Shown: positions 18,001-26,395, counted from the stretch's first letter. The stretch is 64,000 nt of DNA from an uncultured virus (IMG/VR IMGVR_UViG_3300050821_011652) (IMGVR_UViG_3300050821_011652); one strand, 5' to 3'. Numbers and translations: made by a program. The notes: generated from the sequence alone by a model not told the origin.

Positions 18001-18161
18001 GGAAGGGGCGGCTTCCTTGTCGCCCTGTTCCCCTGCACCCACGTACCTTAAGGCGCGAGACAAGACGGGAGTTCACCACGGTTGAATGAACTAACCCATG
18101 GTCGCGAAAATGCGTGGGTGCAGGGGAGCAAAAACGCTCCAAGCACCAATCCAATTATATG
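18001..18161 (+). promoter_or_regulatory. Three-hairpin leader element copy with long P2 insert
   Basis: P2 CCCTGCACCCACGTA/TGCGTGGGTGCAGGG; P3; GCACCA. Confidence 0.8.
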
Positions 18162-18314
18162 AAGACAATCGTATTACCATCTACCCTATTGAGAGCACTC
18201 AAGAAGGGCAAAATTGATCCGGAGACTCGGGCTGAGGCACTGAGTCTATACTTCCGCTCTAACCGGCGGTTCTTTAACTGCCCTTCCGTTCGAACCGCGG
18301 GGAGGGTGAGATGA
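18159..18314 (+). CDS. Small basic protein
   Basis: ORF after leader element. Confidence 0.55.
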   Translation: MKTIVLPSTLLRALKKGKIDPETRAEALSLYFRSNRRFFNCPSVRTAGRVR

Positions 18315-18688
18315 CCTTAGGGCCAAAACAAAGGATCTGGGTCGATGCGCTCAGGTCTGGTGAATATAAGCAGGGCGATGGTTGTCTCTTTGATCCGGAG
18401 ACGCAGTCATATTGCTGTCTAGGCGTTGCCAATTGCGTCCTCGAGTTGGGGGAAGGCGACGAGCACGTGTTGGAATACACTTACCAGCAGTTAGGGCTAA
18501 GGGGTCAGTCCGGCGCGATCGTGGGCTTAAGTCTCGAAGCTTTTAAAGAGCTGCATGACCTCCCGGCCGGGTATGATCCGACATTCACAATTGAACTAAC
18601 GGCGCTCAACGATCGGGGTTGGTCGTTTTCTAAAATCGCCGATCTAATCGAGCAGCACCCACACTGGGTGTTTGAAAGGAGCGTATGA
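18311..18688 (+). CDS. Phage hypothetical protein
   Basis: WVDALRSGEYKQG...YCCLGV...ND.G.SF..IADLIE. Confidence 0.7.
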   Translation: MTLGPKQRIWVDALRSGEYKQGDGCLFDPETQSYCCLGVANCVLELGEGDEHVLEYTYQQLGLRGQSGAIVGLSLEAFKELHDLPAGYDPTFTIELTALNDRGWSFSKIADLIEQHPHWVFERSV

Positions 18689-18969
18689 CCATCAAGGAAT
18701 TATTCAGCGATCCGGCGCGGCACACGCGGTTTTACTACGCGGAAACCGCGGAGAACAAAGATTGCGGGGCACTTGCTCCAGATGCGGTGCGCTGGTGTTT
18801 GGCTGGCGCGTTAACTAAGTGTTATCGCAATGACTCGGAACGCGAATGGGCTGAGGACGCATTAAGAGCAGCGGCCATGGGAATCTTCGGCACTCTCGAC
18901 TTTGTGATAATCAATGATCACAAACCGTTTGAAGATGTGATGAAACTTGTGGAGGCAGCCGGCGTGTGA
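18685..18969 (+). CDS. DUF6197-like protein, paralog 2
   Basis: TIKELFSD...AVRWCLAGA...IND. Confidence 0.65.
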   Translation: MTIKELFSDPARHTRFYYAETAENKDCGALAPDAVRWCLAGALTKCYRNDSEREWAEDALRAAAMGIFGTLDFVIINDHKPFEDVMKLVEAAGV

Positions 18970-19227
18970 AAAAACAGGGACGGAGAACCCCCCGGTTTCC
19001 CGTCCCTGCTTCAGTTATCCTCAATCCCAAACCCACTCAGGCTTGGGACACCGACTTTGGAGTACTGAAAGAGGTAAGTCAATATGAATAAAAGAATAAG
19101 AGAGTCATGTCGAACGTGAAATCAAAGAAGCTGAGGTCAGCGTGTGTCAACTGGAGGCGAAGCTTGTGGCCCTCTATAGGATTCTGAACGTTATCAAAAT
19201 CGAGGAAGCTAACGAGGCGAAGTAAAC

Positions 19228-19321
19228 GGAACGGGGTGCGCGCCTAGCACCCCTGTTCCCTTGATCCCGTACGATCACTCCGTATTGGATCAGGGGAGCA
19301 GAAAGCTCCGCACCAAATATG
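19228..19321 (+). promoter_or_regulatory. Three-hairpin leader element copy (shortest)
   Basis: P1, P2 CCTTGATCC/GGATCAGGG, P3, GCACCAAAT-ATG. Confidence 0.8.
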
Positions 19322-19693
19322 AATATCTATCAAAAACTATACCGCGGGATCAAGGATCACTGCGAGCTTGAAGACGACGCGATAATCGATGCGGGCCGGC
19401 ACGGCGCTGACGCTGGTTGGGGCGGTTTCTCTTACACCAAGGATTGCTGTGAGTTTTACGAAGCCAACAAGGAGGAGATTTGGGAGTTGCTGCGTGAGGC
19501 TGCTGATGGGCAAGGACTGAAGCCGCTTGAGCTTGTAGCGCAGTTCGGTCGTAGCGACATGGCAGATGACCCTGACGGGCTAGAGAACCTACTAGCCTGG
19601 TTTGCGCTAGAAGAAGTGGGACGCTGGCTGGAAGACAATCGGTCGGAGGGTGATGATTTTGAAGAGGAAGAGGAGTCGGACGAAAAGGATTGA
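19319..19693 (+). CDS. Acidic protein, possible DNA mimic
   Basis: GGFSY...FY...NLLAWFALEEV; acidic tail DDFEEEEESDEKD. Confidence 0.6.
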   Translation: MNIYQKLYRGIKDHCELEDDAIIDAGRHGADAGWGGFSYTKDCCEFYEANKEEIWELLREAADGQGLKPLELVAQFGRSDMADDPDGLENLLAWFALEEVGRWLEDNRSEGDDFEEEEESDEKD

Positions 19694-19770
19694 CTTTCAC
19701 CAAGTATTGAATAGACCAAATCCATAACAAAAGGAGCAACTGAACGATTAGGTAGAACTTGAGTGAGTGT

Positions 19771-19895
19771 GAGCGGGGGACGTGGAACTCCCCCGTTCCT
19801 TCCAGCCTCGAGATTAAATCATAGCCGGATCCAAAGCGCTTTGGAGGGGCCGGTACGGGGTTGGAAGGAGCGAAAGCGCTCCGCACCAAAATATG
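19771..19895 (+). promoter_or_regulatory. Diverged three-hairpin leader element copy
   Basis: Different sequence, same fold: GAGCGGGGGA/TCCCCCGTTC, CTTCCAGCCTCG/CGGGGTTGGAAG, GGAGC/GCTCC, GCACCAAAAT-ATG. Confidence 0.75.
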
Positions 19896-20159
19896 AAGAA
19901 ACTAATATTATGTTTGTTATTGCCAGCCGTGAACGCGGTGGCTTTTGATCCATACGGCGCGGATGACAGTGTGCCAGTAACACGGTTCCAGTTTATGGGG
20001 CACGGGATTGTTATCACATATGGGACTCACCATACGTACGACGGGTATCGCAAATTATACGACGCCTTTATTGATGGTCATTCGACCTCGATACAATTTC
20101 AAAACTCCGTAGGGGAGGAGATTCAAGCAGTGATGAGTGATCTCCAGGGGGCGAAATGA
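19893..20159 (+). CDS. Small secreted protein
   Basis: MKKLILCLLLPAVNAVA signal peptide. Confidence 0.6.
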   Translation: MKKLILCLLLPAVNAVAFDPYGADDSVPVTRFQFMGHGIVITYGTHHTYDGYRKLYDAFIDGHSTSIQFQNSVGEEIQAVMSDLQGAK

Positions 20160-20344
20160 AGACCCTTCCGTCCGGGCCAGAACCTAGACCTACAGTCTGG
20201 GTCGTTCTTTGCCGCTTCGATTATGAAGGTGATTCAGTGGAGTGCATCTTTTCAAATGAGGCTGCGGCGATGGAATATAGAGAACAACGTCAGCAGGAAG
20301 ATAAGTGGTATCAGTATCTGGTCGAAGAGTGGGAGGTGAAATGA
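20156..20344 (+). CDS. Small hypothetical protein
   Basis: VWVV...DYEG...IFS...A...EEWEV; coupled. Confidence 0.6.
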   Translation: MKTLPSGPEPRPTVWVVLCRFDYEGDSVECIFSNEAAAMEYREQRQQEDKWYQYLVEEWEVK

Positions 20345-20538
20345 ACATTCCCCCCGAACATTATTACGAGGCCGAGTTTGAAGGCGCGCCGTGCCCGACG
20401 GTTCAGGAAGAGATGGCTTTAAGTCGAATAGTGGAGGAGGGAGAGCGGCTGCTTCGATACCAAGCAATTATTCGATTCGTGCCCATCGTCGTCATTATCC
20501 TCGGGATAGTGTTGATGATCGCTAGTGACTGGATCTAA
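20341..20538 (+). CDS. Small membrane protein
   Basis: C-terminal TM helix; coupled. Confidence 0.55.
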   Translation: MNIPPEHYYEAEFEGAPCPTVQEEMALSRIVEEGERLLRYQAIIRFVPIVVIILGIVLMIASDWI

Positions 20539-20608
20539 CCCGCGACACCGCCCTCGGTATGGAACGATCGAGGTCGGTACGCGAGATAGACTCGCAAAGC
20601 ACCAAAAT

Positions 20609-21037
20609 ATGAAAACACCATTTAAACACGTCGGTTCCGTTTCACACGGAACCTTACGGCCGGAGGATTTAGTTCCTACCTTCGCCATCTTGTTATATAA
20701 ACTCGATCCTGAGCACTTCCCCGAGCGACACCCGGTCGATCTGGAGGAAGAGGTGGAGTGGCTGATTGATCGACTAAACGATTACGCGCCGCCCTACTTC
20801 TATTTCGGCGCCCATCCGGGCGACGGATCGGACTTCGGGTTCTGGTTCGATGAAGAATCATTCGAACAGGCCGTGGCGGACGGAGAGATAGTTAAACTCG
20901 CCGGTCTACCAGACTTCGAACGCATCCGCGATGACTATGGTGAGTGGAACGGGGTGTTCTATGTCGCGGTCATCTCTGACCACGGCAACATCTCGCTCTA
21001 TGATCTAGATGGAGAGGAGCTGTGGGCAATCGTATGA
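20609..21037 (+). CDS. Acidic phage protein
   Basis: GCACCA leader; SHGTLRPEDL...YFGAHPGDGSDFGFW. Confidence 0.7.
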   Translation: MKTPFKHVGSVSHGTLRPEDLVPTFAILLYKLDPEHFPERHPVDLEEEVEWLIDRLNDYAPPYFYFGAHPGDGSDFGFWFDEESFEQAVADGEIVKLAGLPDFERIRDDYGEWNGVFYVAVISDHGNISLYDLDGEELWAIV

Positions 21038-21318
21038 CCATCAAGGAATTACTATCCGATCGGGCCAATTGGGCTCAACACGATTACGCGTACAGGGCAG
21101 ATGGGGAGGGGTGTTGGGGGACGGACAAAAACGCAGTTTGTTGGTGCCTCTTAGGAGCGGTTGATAAAGTTTATCCCGGGCTTGAAGGGGCAGTTAAGGG
21201 AAAGATAGGGGACGCCATTCGGAAGCTGTACCCCGAGCGAGTTATAGGCGCGGCCGATGTGAATGACGAATTAGGGTACGAGGCGGTGATGAAGGTCGTG
21301 GAGGAGGCGGGAGTATGA
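21034..21318 (+). CDS. DUF6197-like protein, paralog 3
   Basis: TIKELLSD..W...AVCWCLLGA...ND. Confidence 0.65.
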   Translation: MTIKELLSDRANWAQHDYAYRADGEGCWGTDKNAVCWCLLGAVDKVYPGLEGAVKGKIGDAIRKLYPERVIGAADVNDELGYEAVMKVVEEAGV

Positions 21319-21509
21319 CCCAACTCGCCGAGTTAGCCGACGCTGAAGTTGAGACGGTCAGGAAGCTCTTTCGCAAGCACGAACACTGGCACGGTTTGGA
21401 TTACGCCGAGCGATCGATTTACCGAAAGCTGTGGCCGGTGAAGGCGAAGGAAACGCCCTGTCACTGCGGAGAGTGTGAGCAGTGCTGTCCTTCGGTAAGA
21501 CCATTGTAA
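21315..21509 (+). CDS. Small Cys-rich protein
   Basis: CHCGECEQCC; coupled. Confidence 0.5.
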   Translation: MTQLAELADAEVETVRKLFRKHEHWHGLDYAERSIYRKLWPVKAKETPCHCGECEQCCPSVRPL

Positions 21510-21519
21510 CCCTGTGCTT

Positions 21520-21924
21520 ATGTCACCCTGCATTGAGTGGAAAGGGACTCTCCGCGACAAGGATGGTTACGGGCGTCGGAAGTATAGAGGGAAAGTGTGG
21601 CAAGCCCATCGAGCAGCTTGGCATGAATGCAAAGGAGAAATCCCAAAGGATTTGTGGGTGCTTCATCGATGTGACAATCCAGCCTGTGTGCGGGTAAGTC
21701 ATTTGTTTCTCGGCACCCACCAGGATAATGAGGACGACAAATGTAGAAAGAATCGTCAGTCCAAAGGAGAGGGACACCGAAATGCGAAGTTGATTCAGAT
21801 TGATGTGGACTTGATTAGAGGTTTGTATTCAACCGGAGAGTTTCAGCAGAAAGAGCTAGCTGGAATGTTCCGGGTCGGCCAAAACCAGATATCGCGCATT
21901 GTCCGGCACGAAGAGTGGGCCTGA
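21520..21924 (+). CDS. HNH homing endonuclease with C-terminal HTH
   Basis: CIEW.G...GYG...AHR...VLHRCDNPACV..HLFLGT..DN. Confidence 0.85.
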   Translation: MSPCIEWKGTLRDKDGYGRRKYRGKVWQAHRAAWHECKGEIPKDLWVLHRCDNPACVRVSHLFLGTHQDNEDDKCRKNRQSKGEGHRNAKLIQIDVDLIRGLYSTGEFQQKELAGMFRVGQNQISRIVRHEEWA

Positions 21925-22035
21925 GTTCCTGTCGCCCTGCACCCCTGTTACAAATCCTCTACACTTATTGATAAGTGGCGACGTTTTGTAACGGCGGGGG
22001 CCGGGCTGAGGGATTTAGAAATCCCGCACCAAAAT

Positions 22036-22203
22036 ATGAATGAATCCAGAACAAAAGAATTCATCGAGCTGATCGCTCGAATGACCAAAGACGGAGAAGA
22101 GGTAGATGGCGAGGAGTTTATTATGGAGAACGACGACGCCGTGTACATCCTCAATGGTTTGATCCATGAGGCTAGAAGCTTGTTGGGGGTGAAAGATGAA
22201 TAA
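22036..22203 (+). CDS. Small acidic protein
   Basis: Hairpin plus GCACCAAAAT-ATG leader. Confidence 0.6.
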   Translation: MNESRTKEFIELIARMTKDGEEVDGEEFIMENDDAVYILNGLIHEARSLLGVKDE

Positions 22204-22708
22204 GTATTATGTCGGTTTCGGGTTCTCTACTTTCATAGAAGCCGAGAGTGAGGAAGAGGCGGTAAAGAAGGCTGAAAAAGCGCTGGCCGAAAATGGCTAC
22301 GCTGTGCATGTACAAAAAGTATGACCACACTTCAGGAAGGTCGGCCTACGTCGGGGTGGTAATCATTAAGCCGCTACACTGCCCGGGGCTATAGGCCCTC
22401 GGCAGTAAGCAGTTTAAACTGCAAGCACCAAAATATGAATAAAACATCAAAGACAGAATTCCTTGACTTCGAAGCACAATCTCCGCCACTCTCGAGTGGT
22501 TCTGAGTGTTTCAGAAGCAGAGCAGTTGGAGTTAGAACTAGATCATGACGATTCACATGCCTATGACGGGTTAAAGTCCTTCGGGCTCTTAATCCATGGG
22601 TCACAGCGGGGCGGTTCAATCGCTTCAAAGGCAGTCAGGGAGCTGAAGGGATTAGGATCCTATTCCCGCGAGGCGTAACCCTCAAAACGCATTTTTACCG
22701 GTAAAAAT

Positions 22709-22861
22709 ATGGACATCTTTTGGCTAGGATTTTTGTTTGGCGCGCTATCCTGCGCCTTTGTCTGGATATTGCTCACCTTCATCGCAATTTGCATGCTCTC
22801 TAGATCCTCTCTTGTGGAGGAATGCCCGGCGGATGAAACCGCCGAAACTAAACTTTCATAG
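22709..22861 (+). CDS. Small membrane protein
   Basis: N-terminal TM; preceded by 18-bp palindrome. Confidence 0.5.
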   Translation: MDIFWLGFLFGALSCAFVWILLTFIAICMLSRSSLVEECPADETAETKLS

Positions 22862-22866
22862 GTGCA

Positions 22867-22906
22867 AAGGGGGCTCTCCCAATCGGGGAGGGCCCTCTTA
22901 CCTTTC
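22867..22906 (+). terminator. Possible intrinsic terminator
   Basis: AAGGGGGCTCTCCC-AATC-GGGGAGGGCCCTCTT hairpin then pyrimidine run. Confidence 0.45.
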
Positions 22907-22938
22907 ACACTTCGGAACTTTGGAACACTTGGAACAAC

Positions 22939-23181
22939 ATGAAATATAAGATCGCGACGTCTCTCGACGTCACATTTAATGACAATTTCGAACAGATTCG
23001 AGATGAGTTTACGGCGGCGGTAGGCGACGAGTCTCCCGACCGGATTGTTAGTGCTGGTATCGAATTGATGCAGGCCTATTCAATTAGGCTTGAGTTTTTA
23101 ATGCATTCTCTCCAGGATCATCTGGATGATTTGTCAAAAGTGCTATCTGCGCTACGAGGCAGGAGTGAGGGGGAAGAATGA
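22939..23181 (+). CDS. Hypothetical protein
   Basis: ORF in + strand array. Confidence 0.55.
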   Translation: MKYKIATSLDVTFNDNFEQIRDEFTAAVGDESPDRIVSAGIELMQAYSIRLEFLMHSLQDHLDDLSKVLSALRGRSEGEE

Positions 23182-23356
23182 ACACAGAGCAAGAAAAAGT
23201 GATAAAGCTCCTTATGCGAGGAGAGTCGCCGGAGGACCTGAAAGATGATTTCGGATCTGAAGTGGTTGAGGAAGCAATAGCGAAATTAGAGGAAAGAATT
23301 TAGTTGCACAAGATATGGAACAATGTATATCCATATCGCAAGCACCACCCAATCAA

Positions 23357-23650
23357 ATGGATCAACTCACATCCCGAGTCTGGCGGGCTATTTCAAACGC
23401 AGACGCTCTTCCCTTCTTCCTCGAGCTCTTAGACGGCTCCGAGGGTCCTGAAGTAGCGGAGTCCTTGAGAGAGTTCTTTTTAGACGAAAATGAGAAAGTC
23501 GAATGGAGTGAGTCCGTCCCGGACGTTCTTCAATCCCTTCTCACCGATAGCTTGGAGTTGGTGGAGTGGGAACTAATCGCCCGCAAGTGGAGGGATCTTA
23601 TGGGCATGATCGAGGAGTATCAGGAAATCGTTCGGGGGGTGGAGGATTGA
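23357..23650 (+). CDS. Acidic hypothetical protein
   Basis: GATATGGA/TCCATATC hairpin plus GCACCA leader favours ATG 23357. Confidence 0.6.
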   Translation: MDQLTSRVWRAISNADALPFFLELLDGSEGPEVAESLREFFLDENEKVEWSESVPDVLQSLLTDSLELVEWELIARKWRDLMGMIEEYQEIVRGVED

Positions 23651-23982
23651 GAACCCCACAAAGGCAAAAGGAATCTGACGCGTTACTTCAATACTTCCAG
23701 TACGCTTTCAAACAGGGAAAGCTGATCTCGATCCCGGTGGTGGATACGCAGAACGTGGAGAAAGAGGAGTGGATGATAATCTCGAAGGAAGGGCAAAAGG
23801 GATACCCTCTGGCGCTTTTGATGTTGGATCCGGTCGAGGCGGCGGCCAGGTATCCAGCAATGGTCACCGCTCCGTCCGACACGCCTTTAAAGGACGAACT
23901 GGAGAAGCGGGAGCCGAAGGGTACGCCTGCGTTAGATAAAGCGGCGAGGGCGGGGAAGATGAGACGAAAAAGGAAGTCCTAG
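23647..23982 (+). CDS. Hypothetical protein
   Basis: TTG start overlapping upstream stop. Confidence 0.5.
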   Translation: MRTPQRQKESDALLQYFQYAFKQGKLISIPVVDTQNVEKEEWMIISKEGQKGYPLALLMLDPVEAAARYPAMVTAPSDTPLKDELEKREPKGTPALDKAARAGKMRRKRKS

Positions 23983-24070
23983 AAAAGCGGAAGCCGAGGT
24001 TATGACGACCTCGGCTTCCAAGCACCAAATTATGAATGACAGCCATACGATAACGGCTTCTGGCCGCACG

Positions 24071-24655
24071 TCAAATCTTTTGCCAGCAAACTGCTGGGAG
24101 TTCAACCCGATGATCTTTGGGGAGAACGTCCAAAGGGAGCCAAACCAAAGCGTTCAAAGAGCACCCACAAACATAGCAGCCGTTGAGGTTGGCACTTTGA
24201 GAGGTTTTCCTGCCTCCCACAATTTCGGTGATCTTGCCGGCGAGATTGCTGCACCCTGTGCAGCCTTGGACGACGACATTATAGGGGCAGTCTGCACAGA
24301 TCGCCGCGCGTCGCTCGGCCTCGGCCTGGTCGACGAATCTAAGTCCCTTCAGAAGCCAATTTTTGGCCGTCTTCAAGAAATGCACGGCGTCCATGGCCTG
24401 TATCGATCGGCTTGGAATCCCTGGACTCTCGCCTGGCTGGGCGCATATTCTCGGGTCATTGCCGGCCCGCTCGCATATTTGACTTTGGAGCTCATCGTCG
24501 AGCTCAGGCCCCGTGAAAATCCCATTAAGGGTTCGGTGAGCGAGCACCTTCTGCCGAAGTGTCCCATAATCTCCGCCCTCTATTCGGAGCCCTGTGGTGG
24601 GATCTATAAATACCCACTTCCCGGGGGGCACAACATTAAACATTCTCAACTTCAT
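24071..24655 (-). CDS. Cys-rich phage protein (lone minus-strand gene)
   Basis: RRAAICADCPYN...CTGC...CYVCGC...CW. Confidence 0.65.
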   Translation of the reverse strand: MKLRMFNVVPPGKWVFIDPTTGLRIEGGDYGTLRQKVLAHRTLNGIFTGPELDDELQSQICERAGNDPRICAQPGESPGIPSRSIQAMDAVHFLKTAKNWLLKGLRFVDQAEAERRAAICADCPYNVVVQGCTGCSNLAGKITEIVGGRKTSQSANLNGCYVCGCSLNALVWLPLDVLPKDHRVELPAVCWQKI

Positions 24656-24657
24656 GT

Positions 24658-25176
24658 ATGGAACAGTCTACTTCAATAGCCGAGGACACGCTAGTCATCC
24701 CCTTAAGCCGTGGAATGACCACAGTCATTAGCCGGGAGAAAGAGTATCTCGCGGAGTTCAAGTGGTACGCACACAAGGGTCAACAGGGGGATTTTTATGC
24801 CGCTCGCACGTCTCAACAAGGGACCATCCGTCTTCACAGAGAAATCATGGGCGCGCAACTCGGTCAAGAGGTAGACCATATAAACGGCAATACGCTAGAT
24901 AATAGAACCGAGAATCTTAGGTTGTGTGGTCATACACAAAACATGATGAACAGAAAGCCACAGATCAACAATACCTCTGGCTTCAAAGGCGTCGTCTGGC
25001 ATAAACGGGCCCAACGGTGGTACGCTCGCATCCAGTGTCTAGATCGCGAGCACCATTTGGGATCCTTTGATCACCCTGAAAGTGCGGCCCGTGCCTATGA
25101 CGCCGCCGCGCGTGAGTTATTTGGAGAGTTCGCCCGTCTCAATTTCCCAATAGGTACAGAGTTAGGAGCAAGATGA
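24658..25176 (+). CDS. HNH-AP2 homing endonuclease
   Basis: LHREI...VDHINGNTLDNR.ENLR; AP2 domain SGFKGV.W...W.ARI...HLG.F...AARAYD. Confidence 0.9.
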   Translation: MEQSTSIAEDTLVIPLSRGMTTVISREKEYLAEFKWYAHKGQQGDFYAARTSQQGTIRLHREIMGAQLGQEVDHINGNTLDNRTENLRLCGHTQNMMNRKPQINNTSGFKGVVWHKRAQRWYARIQCLDREHHLGSFDHPESAARAYDAAARELFGEFARLNFPIGTELGAR

Positions 25177-25373
25177 AACGAATCTTTAATCGAAATGAAG
25201 CAATTGAATACGTGGGCGGCCGGCCGAATTTGGAGCTGCTTGAACGCTCGGGCTTGATCAAAGCCATTCCCGGTAAAGCGAAAGCGTGTGACTTTGATCT
25301 AAAGGATCTGGACCGCGCGATCGACACGGTGAAACTGGCCGGCTGGCGGGCGGTACAGGCGGAGGTGAAGTGA
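25173..25373 (+). CDS. Excisionase-like HTH protein
   Basis: FNRNEAIEYVG...GLI.A...FDLKDLD; integrase nearby. Confidence 0.55.
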   Translation: MKRIFNRNEAIEYVGGRPNLELLERSGLIKAIPGKAKACDFDLKDLDRAIDTVKLAGWRAVQAEVK

Positions 25374-26395
25374 CCGACTTCATTAACGATCCGATTCGGT
25401 TCCTCGAGACCGCCTGCACCCAGCCGGTGGTCGACCTGGATCTCTTCTCCACCGGTCAGACTGTCCCGGTCATATCTGGGGCGGAAGTTAACCAGTTCGT
25501 CTATTCCCATCCCGACCTCTGGGACTACTCACTCGGGCGCCAGGCGTTTCGGGAGGCGTTCGGTGACCGGTATATCACGTTGTTGTCTGGGGTGGAGTAC
25601 CATGAAAACCAGCGTCAATTTCAGAACGAGCTGCGGGTGGAGTTGGATGAGCCGGCGCTCCGGGAAATTGTGAAGGTAAGGTTGCAGGTTTGGATTAGGA
25701 ATTGCCGTCTGTCGGTATGGGCAAGGGAACTTGCGATTGAGCTTTTATGGAAAGCCCTGCACCCCTGTGACCCTGTTCCCCTGCGACTACTCGATCGGTT
25801 TGAGGATTACTTTCAACGTGGCGCTGGGCTGCCGGTGTTTGGTTCCTACTTTCAAATCAATACTTGGCCCTCTCTTTGTATGCGAATGCAGGTGGAAATG
25901 AATGCACATAGCGGAGAAGATTTCGCTCTGAAAGCGGCGCCCTTCATCGCCGGCATTCGCGCTCTATCCACGGCGATTGAGTGGTTAGTTCTTGGGCGAT
26001 GCGAACGGCCGCCCGCGGATCTGTATGAAATCTTACGTTTCCGGCCGCCGTTCATTCTCTTTCCACTTTACCCGAAGGACGATTTCCAGTTGTGGAATTA
26101 TGTGGCGCCCAACGATGAAGGCGAGATAGCGTTTGCTTCGCGCTGGATTAAAAAGGGCGAGTTAGTATTCCACGCGATGTGTATCCCGCAGTGGAAAGAT
26201 TCCCTCGCTCCACTGGCTCTCTTTGGCGGAGGGATGCATAAATGCCCCGGCCGACACTTGGTCAAGCGGTTGTTACAGTTAGTGCTGTGGGAGCTGACGA
26301 TGACGGATGACCTTCGACTAACCGGGGGCGACGGTATAATGGATGCAAAATTTAACGGCTTATTAGTACCAAAATACGATTGGAGATTTGAATGA
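25370..26395 (+). CDS. Cytochrome P450-like protein (short, divergent)
   Basis: ExxR (EILRFRPP), heme loop FGGGMHKCPG, degenerate I-helix FIAGIRAL. Confidence 0.7.
   Translation: MTDFINDPIRFLETACTQPVVDLDLFSTGQTVPVISGAEVNQFVYSHPDLWDYSLGRQAFREAFGDRYITLLSGVEYHENQRQFQNELRVELDEPALREIVKVRLQVWIRNCRLSVWARELAIELLWKALHPCDPVPLRLLDRFEDYFQRGAGLPVFGSYFQINTWPSLCMRMQVEMNAHSGEDFALKAAPFIAGIRALSTAIEWLVLGRCERPPADLYEILRFRPPFILFPLYPKDDFQLWNYVAPNDEGEIAFASRWIKKGELVFHAMCIPQWKDSLAPLALFGGGMHKCPGRHLVKRLLQLVLWELTMTDDLRLTGGDGIMDAKFNGLLVPKYDWRFE

Noticed and set aside
15052..19895. CRISPR array interpretation of the repeats with variable inserts
   Set aside because: Units are separated by whole genes, repeats are degenerate, inserts vary widely in length, and no cas operon is present; the Cas4-like gene is a common stand-alone phage nuclease
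15052..19895. Canonical integron attC sites (AAC...GTT with a bulged base)
   Set aside because: P1 is only about 30-35 nt and lacks RYYYAAC/GTTRRRY boxes, and the integrase has an arm-binding N-terminus with its own att-like site; kept only as a loose analogy
22435..22678. Programmed frameshift joining the leader ORF (22435-22548) to ORF 22463-22678
   Set aside because: Only a short A run supports it; a TTG start, gene decay or an indel explain it equally well
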